From assembly GCA_041389045.1 (NCBI GenBank), contig JAWKSQ010000001.1, positions 75,063 to 139,062 of the forward strand: a stretch of 64,000 nucleotides of DNA, given 5' to 3'. The translations under genes were made by a program, and so were the position numbers. The notes beneath the pieces are model-generated. The model was given only the letters and a program-made list of their open reading frames with translations. It made no database searches and was not told the DNA's origin. Source of the DNA: Minisyncoccota bacterium. Its GTDB lineage: Bacteria; Patescibacteriota; Minisyncoccia; Phycocordibacterales; UBA918. Numbering within the stretch: the first letter of the stretch is position 1; each line of letters begins with the position of its first letter. Below are positions 57,637 through 64,000 of the stretch, in pieces.

Positions 57637-58911
57637 ATGGCTAAAAACATTACATGGCACACCGAGACACGCAAAGTCGATGATCTCGTGCCGTACGACA
57701 AGAACCCTCGCACCTTGTCGGAAAAACAACGTAAAGACCTAGAAGCGAGCATTACCAAGTTCTCCCTAGCGGAGATTCCCGCCATTAACACTGATAATAC
57801 AATCGTGGCTGGGCACGCCAGACTGAAAGTAATGCAGTTACTCGGTCGTGGGCAAGAAGAAATTGACGTGCGGGTACCAAATCGTGCCCTGACCAAGAAG
57901 GAGTTTGAAGAGTATCTTCTGCGTTCCAATAAGAACACTGGCTCGTGGGACTACGAGCTCCTAAAGGGCTTCGACACTTCATTCTTGCTGGATATTGGAT
58001 TTGATGACGGCGATCTCTCAGACATCTGGGACGATGTGCTCGAGATCGATGACGACGAGTTCAACGAAGAGAAGGAGGTCAAGAAAGCCGAGAAGACTGA
58101 CATCAAGACAGGTGATCTGTTTGCACTCGGTAACCACCGTCTTATATGTGGTGACAGCACCAATCCTGAAGTTATTGAACGATTGATGGGTGGCAGTAAG
58201 GCACAGATGGTGTATTGCGACCCGCCGTATAACATTGACCTCGACTATAACAAAGGGGTTGGTGGCAAAGCGTCGTACGGTGGCGATGTCGATGATAAAA
58301 AGTCAGACACTGACTATCGAGTTTTCCTCGCCAGCATTATGAAGAATACGCTGAAAGTCTCGGAGCAGGACGCACACCACTTCTGGTATTGCGATCAAGC
58401 ATATGTCGGGATGTTGCAATCGCTCTATGCTGAGCTTGGAATTGCATACAAGCGTACCGCACTCTGGATCAAGAACGGTATTAATCCGACTCCTAAGATT
58501 GCGTTCTCCAAACTCTACGAGCCGTGCGTCTATGGGGTGACTGGTAAGCCGTACCTATCACCGAAGCACACTAAGCTCGCTGAGATTCTGAATAAGGATA
58601 TTGGTATCGGTAACGCTACCATCGATGACATTACAGACATGCTCGATATCTGGCTTGTCAAGCGTGAGTCGGGTGATGACTATCAGCATCCAACTCAGAA
58701 ACCGCTCTCACTCCATGAGCGCCCACTCAATCGTTGCACCAAGATTGGAGACCACGTTCTCGATACCTTCGGTGGCAGTGGCTCTACCTTGCTCGCTTGT
58801 GAGCAGCTGAAGCGCACAGCGTTTCTGGTCGAACAAAATCCCGTCTTTACTCAGGTACTCATCAACCGCTATGAAAAATTCACTGGCACCAAAGCTACCA
58901 AGATCAATTAA
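57637..58911 (+). CDS. ParB-like nuclease domain fused to N4/N6 DNA methyltransferase
   Basis: 424-aa ORF with an N-terminal ParB/Srx-like region (LVPYDKNPRTLS...IVAGHARL). The methyltransferase has motif IV CDPPYN and motif I DTFGGSGSTLLA, in beta-class order. Confidence 0.85.
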   Translation: MAKNITWHTETRKVDDLVPYDKNPRTLSEKQRKDLEASITKFSLAEIPAINTDNTIVAGHARLKVMQLLGRGQEEIDVRVPNRALTKKEFEEYLLRSNKNTGSWDYELLKGFDTSFLLDIGFDDGDLSDIWDDVLEIDDDEFNEEKEVKKAEKTDIKTGDLFALGNHRLICGDSTNPEVIERLMGGSKAQMVYCDPPYNIDLDYNKGVGGKASYGGDVDDKKSDTDYRVFLASIMKNTLKVSEQDAHHFWYCDQAYVGMLQSLYAELGIAYKRTALWIKNGINPTPKIAFSKLYEPCVYGVTGKPYLSPKHTKLAEILNKDIGIGNATIDDITDMLDIWLVKRESGDDYQHPTQKPLSLHERPLNRCTKIGDHVLDTFGGSGSTLLACEQLKRTAFLVEQNPVFTQVLINRYEKFTGTKATKIN

Positions 58912-59686
58912 GACAGGGGACATTATCTGTCTTGGTGAGCATGTTCTTATCTGCGGTGATTCATCGAAAGTAGATCTCTCGGTGTATGGCAATATTGATC
59001 TGATTCTGACCGACCCGCCGTACGCTGTTGATTACGCTGAGAGCAAGCGTGGGATTGGCAAGATCGCCAAGGACAAAGACATCTCTAACGATGGATTCAT
59101 GTCTGACCAGCAGTATGTGGAATTCACCAAGAGCTGGCTTCAACCACCGCTTGCGAAGCTGTCCAAGAAAAACAGCATCTACATTTTCAACTCGGATAAG
59201 ATGATCTTCGCCCTCCGACAAGCCTGCGTTGAGGTTGGTATGAAAGTCGCGCAACTCATCATCTGGGTGAAAGATCGAGCGATTGTAGGGAGACTCGACT
59301 ATCTCCCTCAGCACGAACTGATTCTCTACGGTTGGAAAGGTACACATCACTTCAAGCGTGGCAAGGATAAGTCTGTGGCGTTTTATCCGAAACCATCTTC
59401 GAGCAAGCTTCACCCTACAATGAAGCCGGTCGGGTTGCTCCGTAGACTGATTCTTAACAGCACCAAAGTTGGCGACACCGTCTACGACCCATTTGGTGGC
59501 AGTGGCTCAACCTTGATTGCCTGCGAGCACACTAAGCGTAAGTGCATCATGGTTGAGATGGATCCTGAATACTGTGAGACCATCGTTGCCCGCTGGCAGA
59601 AACTAACTGGCTATGAACAAACGCGAGAAGCGGATACAGGAGCGAATTCTGAAACAGCAAGAGAAAGTGCTCCAGTCTCTGCGTGA
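58871..59686 (+). CDS. N4/N6 DNA methyltransferase
   Basis: 271-aa ORF with TDPPYAVDY and DPFGGSGSTLIA. Its N-terminal IKTGDIICLGEHVLICGDS parallels the upstream methylase. It overlaps that gene by 41 nt. Confidence 0.85.
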   Translation: MKNSLAPKLPRSIKTGDIICLGEHVLICGDSSKVDLSVYGNIDLILTDPPYAVDYAESKRGIGKIAKDKDISNDGFMSDQQYVEFTKSWLQPPLAKLSKKNSIYIFNSDKMIFALRQACVEVGMKVAQLIIWVKDRAIVGRLDYLPQHELILYGWKGTHHFKRGKDKSVAFYPKPSSSKLHPTMKPVGLLRRLILNSTKVGDTVYDPFGGSGSTLIACEHTKRKCIMVEMDPEYCETIVARWQKLTGYEQTREADTGANSETARESAPVSA

Positions 59687-60053
59687 ATCGGGTAACGTAA
59701 GCTTCGCGTGCAAGAAAGCTGGTTTGAGTCGTGAGACGTACTATCGTTGGGTAAAGGAGGATGAAGACTTTGCGGTACAGTCCGATCAGGCAATCTGTGA
59801 CGGCAAGAGTTACGTGAATGACCTTGCTCACAACCAGCTCATGCGAAGTATCAGTGAAGGTCACTTTCCAGCGATTAAGTTTCAGCTCAGTAACTGTCAC
59901 GATGATTATCATCCGAAGAAGACCACTTCGCCGTATCGTATTGAAGAGATGACTCAGCCAATCACCATTGCTTCAATTCCTGTTATTGCTCGACTGAACC
60001 GATACAAAGAGTTCATAGAGAATGGAGGTGATCCAGATGATTGGGAGGGATGA
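59613..60053 (+). CDS. HTH protein, phage terminase small-subunit-like
   Basis: 146-aa ORF. ESGNVSFACKKAGLSRETYYRWVKEDEDF is typical of terminase-small / HTH_23-type N-termini (from recall). It overlaps the methylase gene by 74 nt. Confidence 0.45.
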   Translation: MNKREKRIQERILKQQEKVLQSLRESGNVSFACKKAGLSRETYYRWVKEDEDFAVQSDQAICDGKSYVNDLAHNQLMRSISEGHFPAIKFQLSNCHDDYHPKKTTSPYRIEEMTQPITIASIPVIARLNRYKEFIENGGDPDDWEG

Positions 60054-60088
60054 AATAAAACCACTGCACGTCAGTGGTTTTATTTTTT
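60054..60088. terminator. bidirectional terminator hairpin
   Basis: aaataaaaccactg-cacg-tcagtggttttatttttt. Confidence 0.7.
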
Positions 60089-60440
60089 ACAATCCTGCAC
60101 GTTTGCAATCAGCCTTCTCAATCTCTTTCCACTTTAGATAATTTGGTTGGTCTTCGGCTTGGAGGTAGGCGGCTGATACTAGACCAGCTTGGACGCAAAT
60201 TTCTATAGCGTCACCTGCTTGTTTTGATAAATTGTATTGTCTGACTGAATCCTCAGCAACTTGGTCCTCGATTCTATCCATACTTGTGCCAGCTTGTTGT
60301 TCAAGTCCTCCTCCAAATAGGAACCATGCTCCTGCTCCAAGTACGAGGAGACTAAGGACACCTTTTGCTACGGATGAAGATTCTTCTTTTTCTTCTGAGG
60401 GCTCATCCTTTTTAGAAGATGATAATTTAAATGATTGCAT
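60087..60440 (-). CDS. small single-pass membrane protein, unknown function
   Basis: 117-aa ORF with a charged N-terminus, one TM (GVLSLLVLGAGAWFLFGGG) and a C-terminal domain containing 2 Cys. Confidence 0.4.
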   Translation of the reverse strand: MQSFKLSSSKKDEPSEEKEESSSVAKGVLSLLVLGAGAWFLFGGGLEQQAGTSMDRIEDQVAEDSVRQYNLSKQAGDAIEICVQAGLVSAAYLQAEDQPNYLKWKEIEKADCKRAGL

Positions 60441-60446
60441 ATAAAT

Positions 60447-60574
60447 GTGGCTTACGATTTATAAATTGAGCGGATACACAAAGCCCGCTACCAGGAGAGC
60501 CAAAGCTCCTATGCAGGTTTCCCCACATAACGTAAGCCACGCCCTGATAACGGGTTTTCTATGGCTTACGATTT
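60447..60574. promoter_or_regulatory. three-part alternative-pairing element (GGCTTACG copies)
   Basis: gtggcttacg (60447-60456) and tggcttacgattt (60562-60574) are direct copies. cgtaagccac (60531-60540) is complementary to both. Confidence 0.4.
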
Positions 60575-60770
60575 TCCGACCATACCGTCAGATGAATCTG
60601 TCGGGTTAGGCCTTTGCTGTGTAATGAACATAATAGCTCAGATTGAGCTATTAGTCAGTACCTTAGCTTACATATTGGGTCTTGCGAAGGGGCACTTACC
60701 GACACTTGCTTCCACACCATCGTGTCACTTTGACTTCTAAATAAGGTAGAATATAAGTATATTTTGTTCT

Positions 60771-61382
60771 ATGCACACTCTTAAAAAAACAGCTCAAACT
60801 AACGACATAATAATCAGAGAAGCATTGGTAAAGCGGTTAGAAAACGAATACGATAGCAACCCAGAGTATCGTGTTATTCCTGAACTAGGATTGTGGCATG
60901 GTGCTTCAAGAGTAGACGTAGCGGTGGTCAATGGTGTTTTACATGGATTTGAAATAAAGAGTGACAGAGATACTCTTAATCGTTTACCCTCTCAACGAGA
61001 AGCCTATAATTCAGTCTTTGATAAAGTCACCCTCGTGGTTGGAGCAAAACATTTTGTTGATGCATTTAAAATAGTCCCTAACTGGTGGGGTATCGAGACT
61101 GCTCATTTAGATGAAAATGGGTCTGTCTTTTTTAATATAATTCGCCAAGCAGGAGAAAATCCTAAACAAGATGAGATTTCAATTGCACGATTGTTATGGA
61201 AAAACGAAGCACTGGATCTTCTTGAAAGCGAAGGTAAGGCCGGGGGTGTTCGCTCAAAACCAAGGGAATTGGTTTATGAAAGAGTAGCAGAGACTATTGA
61301 GATTGATGTTCTAAAAAAGTATGTCAGGAATGTGCTTCAGGGTCCACGCCAGAATTGGAGGTCTGATTTGCAGCTAGCGTAA
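60771..61382 (+). CDS. sce7726-like protein with PD-(D/E)xK nuclease-like signature
   Basis: 203-aa ORF. PELGLWHGASRVDVAVVNGVLHGFEIKSDRDTLNRLPSQREAYNSVFDKVTLVVG matches my recollection of the sce7726 family and carries an E...D...EIK restriction-endonuclease-like core. Confidence 0.6.
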   Translation: MHTLKKTAQTNDIIIREALVKRLENEYDSNPEYRVIPELGLWHGASRVDVAVVNGVLHGFEIKSDRDTLNRLPSQREAYNSVFDKVTLVVGAKHFVDAFKIVPNWWGIETAHLDENGSVFFNIIRQAGENPKQDEISIARLLWKNEALDLLESEGKAGGVRSKPRELVYERVAETIEIDVLKKYVRNVLQGPRQNWRSDLQLA

Positions 61383-62457
61383 GATGGTGGTTGATACTAA
61401 TTGTCAGCCATGTAGTCGGACTTCCGGGTTTGGTATTTGCTGGTGATGCAATTCGAGACACTTCAGTATCGCCAAAAGAATAGGTGTCTTGTTTGTAGAA
61501 ATCACGCTTCACTAGTGTCTGAGCATGTCCGATATATTGCTCTCTGCCCGGGCCTTTAATTCCAGTTTTACGATCTATGTGCCCAGGCTTTTTGCCACGG
61601 AAGATATACCATTTTTCATCGTCGGTGTATCGAATGCTGGCACTTCCAATAGCAGCTACATACTCGTACACAGGGTGTTGAGTTGTATAGTCAGAAAAGA
61701 AAGGTGTACGAGAAGTTATCGCATCACGAATATTATTCCAGAGTTTCCAATCCAGTCTATCCAGTTGATGCACCTCACCTGAATTAAAATTGGTTAAATC
61801 TTTAGGAAAAGCACCGCCAGACACTATGAAGGAACGCCACTCTTTTAGTTTTGGTAAAAGCGAAAGTTTACTTACAATATCAGTTGCATCGGTTCCACCA
61901 TCGATGATGCGTAAATCGACCAATAAATCTAGGTTGTTAATGTCTAGTTTGTTAACCTCGACAAACTCAGTTATGTGACGTGATAAATCCTTATCTTCAA
62001 GGTGTGATCTATCAATGCGAATACATAACCCATGTCCACTTTCTTTGGCATAAGTTACAGCAATTCCACGGGTCTCGGTATCTGCATTAGTACTAGTTAC
62101 AGGGATCACATAAGTAACTGGGATGGAGAACAAATCAAGTTCGCTTGAGGCAGATAATATCTCTTTAAAAGATGTGGCACGAAGGTCGCTATCCAAAAGA
62201 TGTACATCAATAAACACAGGTTCACGTCCACAAGACTTAAGTAAGCTTGTCGCAATGTTAGGTAAGGTTTCTAGAAATTTTTCCTTGGGAGTTTTCTTAA
62301 CCTCCCGAGTCTCCTTATCAATTGTTGGGGCTGGCATTATAAACTCAATCAGAGGTGTAATTTTTCCTCTGTCTTTTGGAAACAACTTCTCAACTGCAGC
62401 GATTTCGGCGGGTCTCCAACGCAATATAGGCACATATGGTTTAATAATTTCTGTCAT
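61324..62457 (-). CDS. 'beta protein' (sce7725-like) family protein, function unknown
   Basis: 377-aa ORF. The N-terminal YVPILRWRPAEIAAVEKL...ITPLIEF is typical of the family annotated as beta protein / sce7725-like (from recall). It starts 2 nt after the upstream gene's stop. Confidence 0.55.
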   Translation of the reverse strand: MTEIIKPYVPILRWRPAEIAAVEKLFPKDRGKITPLIEFIMPAPTIDKETREVKKTPKEKFLETLPNIATSLLKSCGREPVFIDVHLLDSDLRATSFKEILSASSELDLFSIPVTYVIPVTSTNADTETRGIAVTYAKESGHGLCIRIDRSHLEDKDLSRHITEFVEVNKLDINNLDLLVDLRIIDGGTDATDIVSKLSLLPKLKEWRSFIVSGGAFPKDLTNFNSGEVHQLDRLDWKLWNNIRDAITSRTPFFSDYTTQHPVYEYVAAIGSASIRYTDDEKWYIFRGKKPGHIDRKTGIKGPGREQYIGHAQTLVKRDFYKQDTYSFGDTEVSRIASPANTKPGSPTTWLTISINHHLTLAANQTSNSGVDPEAHS

Positions 62458-62459
62458 AT

Positions 62460-63671
62460 TTATTCTTTAAAAATATCTGCGAAGTATTTACGCACATTCA
62501 AATCAGGGTTGTTAACTATTTTATTTAGATAAATGAAATTTTGATGCTTGAATCGAATCATTCCTGCAATTACTGCGATATGCACCTGTAGTTCATTCGC
62601 TAAATCTTCTGTGGAAAATTGGTTTGGTGTAGTTTTAGCTGCACTAGTTTCCCATTTACTATTTGGAAGAATGGTTTCTTCAGCAAGTGAGTCAGCTTCA
62701 ACCTCTTTTGGGTCATTTTCTTTACTTTCCTTGTTTTGCAATTCTTCATCAAAGAAGTATTCAACGCCGATGTTGTAGTGAAGGGCGACGTGCGCAAGTT
62801 CATGCATGAGCGTAAACCAGAAGTTGTCGAGGCGATTATGACGAAGTGTAAGCCCGATTATAGGATTATCTTTGTCAGCAAAGAAAGTAGCTCCGTCTAA
62901 GTGAGACTTGGGAAGATGTGGCTCAATAATCAACTTGATACCATGTTGGTTTAAGTAATCTTGGGCAAGAAGCGGACCATTTTCTTTAGTACTGAGTTGC
63001 ACCACTTGGCGCATGAAAGCTAAGTCCACTGTCCCACTCTTATATTTTGTTGGTACCGCTATTTCAGATGCTTTTTGTATTACTCTCGTTCCCCACGCAA
63101 GCAGAGAATTATTATCGGTGCGAGGAGCAGTCCTAAAAATTGTTTTACGATACAGAACCGCTGTTTGAGGCTGATTAAACGAAGCGAAAAAATTACTGAC
63201 TAGTTCTGATTTCCCAAACTCCTTAAGACTTTTGTTACCAAAGTACCCTCGGCGTTCCATTGCTTTTACCAGTGCAGTGTCCCAGTTTTCTGACTCAGAG
63301 ACCTTGGTAGATTTTTGGATGAGCACTTTTGCTGGGATTCCAAGGCCAGATGAAAGTGCGCGAACCATATCAAGTGAGAGTTGTCGCTTGCCAGAAAGAA
63401 TTTCAGATACTCTGCCAGCACTACCGATGTAGGGCATTAAGTCAGATGGTTTAAGGTCCGCTTGTTCCATACGAAATTTGATTGCTTCGACTGGGTCTGG
63501 GAGATTTTCAGGGAATGTTTTTGACTCGTAGTCTTTCACTAGTGCGGTTAGAAGAAGTAGGCGGTCACCATCTACGGTTCCAGATTCTGGGTCACGGTCA
63601 ACTAACTCCTCAATGAGGTTGAGAGCATCTCGGTATTCTTCCTTAGTTGTGATAATTTTTATGTTGTCCAT
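62460..63671 (-). CDS. HigA-like XRE HTH antitoxin domain fused to ImmA/IrrE-type metallopeptidase
   Basis: The ATG at 63671 lies 4 nt after the higB stop. The N-terminal half has DPVEAIKFRMEQADLKPSDLMPYIGSAGRVSEILSGKRQLSLDMVRAL (HigA-type HTH). The C-terminal half has the HEXXH motif LMHELAHVAL. Confidence 0.8.
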   Translation of the reverse strand: MDNIKIITTKEEYRDALNLIEELVDRDPESGTVDGDRLLLLTALVKDYESKTFPENLPDPVEAIKFRMEQADLKPSDLMPYIGSAGRVSEILSGKRQLSLDMVRALSSGLGIPAKVLIQKSTKVSESENWDTALVKAMERRGYFGNKSLKEFGKSELVSNFFASFNQPQTAVLYRKTIFRTAPRTDNNSLLAWGTRVIQKASEIAVPTKYKSGTVDLAFMRQVVQLSTKENGPLLAQDYLNQHGIKLIIEPHLPKSHLDGATFFADKDNPIIGLTLRHNRLDNFWFTLMHELAHVALHYNIGVEYFFDEELQNKESKENDPKEVEADSLAEETILPNSKWETSAAKTTPNQFSTEDLANELQVHIAVIAGMIRFKHQNFIYLNKIVNNPDLNVRKYFADIFKE

Positions 63672-63675
63672 ATAG

Positions 63676-63963
63676 CTATTTGATTTCCCACTTCTCGTAC
63701 TCCCTATGCGTACCAATGTTCTTTACAAACACGACACCGCTGTTATACGCAACCTTAACCCACAGGCGGTAATTGTTTCCATAGATATTAAACACGACTT
63801 GTTTGTTACCTATGAGGCTCGCCCTAGGGAAGTGTGCTTTCAACTCATGGGGACCACTCCATGTATGTTCCTTTATTTCTGCTTCCCAAGCATCAATATG
63901 AGACCGAGCGTCAGAGTGCTTTTGCTTAAAGGCATCAAGAATTTCTTTTCCGATTAGTTCCAT
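63676..63963 (-). CDS. higB: type II toxin-antitoxin toxin, HigB family
   Basis: 95-aa ORF. ..HIDAWEAEIKEHTWSGPHELKAHFPRASLIGNKQVVFNIYGNNYRLWVKVAYNSGVVFVKNIGTHREY.. closely follows the HigB-type mRNA interferase pattern. Confidence 0.75.
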   Translation of the reverse strand: MELIGKEILDAFKQKHSDARSHIDAWEAEIKEHTWSGPHELKAHFPRASLIGNKQVVFNIYGNNYRLWVKVAYNSGVVFVKNIGTHREYEKWEIK

Positions 63964-64000
63964 GTTGTTAGTAATATATTGATACCTTTTTATTAGTTCC

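Larger units (their letters stand above)
55272..60090. mobile_element. phage-derived remnant / accessory island (no integrase or large terminase visible)
   Basis: The region is visibly GC-richer than its flanks. It carries a ParB-methylase fusion, a second methylase, a terminase-small-like HTH gene and four ORFans. It is bounded by terminators at 55241-55271 and 60054-60088. Confidence 0.4.

Noticed and set aside
1-64000. Alternative genetic code (UGA as sense, as in some CPR lineages).
   Set aside because: Conserved proteins end at TGA at their expected C-termini (for example rsmA at 26839-26841). No conserved gene needs read-through of TGA to reach full length.

Overview
This 64-kb chromosomal window comes from a moderately AT-rich, small-genome bacterium using the standard genetic code. 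Gene content and protein style look like Candidate Phyla Radiation/Patescibacteria; this is inference and cannot be verified here.

The core is housekeeping:
- The replication-origin region, with rpmH-rnpA-yidC diverging from dnaA-dnaN.
- rpsO, pnp, polA, tyrS, ruvB, yebC, ruvC, pcrA, rsmA, xth, a xerC/D-type recombinase gene, PBP1A, pilB, tsaE and comM/yifB.
- One tRNA-Arg. I found no rRNA and no CRISPR array.

Three parts are not ordinary:
1. A 12-kb single-strand operon (26.9-38.8 kb) encodes a type IV secretion-like apparatus. It has a split VirB4, a VirB6/TrbL-like protein, a PrgI-like protein and a pilin-like protein, but no relaxase or coupling protein is visible.
2. A GC-richer phage-derived remnant (55.3-60.1 kb) carries a ParB-methylase fusion, a second methylase and a terminase-small-like HTH gene. 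It is preceded by two diverged structured RNA-like modules.
3. At the right edge (60.8-64.0 kb) lies a HigB / HTH-ImmA(IrrE) peptidase / 'beta protein' operon converging on a sce7726-like PD-(D/E)xK gene. I consider this the best candidate for an uncharacterised conflict or defence system. It may continue beyond the window.

Several ORF-free, hairpin-dense intergenic regions (6.2-7.0 kb, 49.4-49.8 kb, 56.1-56.85 kb, 60.44-60.77 kb) look like unannotated structured RNAs.

Caveat: at least about 12 reading-frame breaks in conserved genes (cca, dnaA, pilB, VirB6-like, pilin-like, beta-propeller) all sit at short homopolymer runs. Assembly error is more likely than real pseudogenisation.
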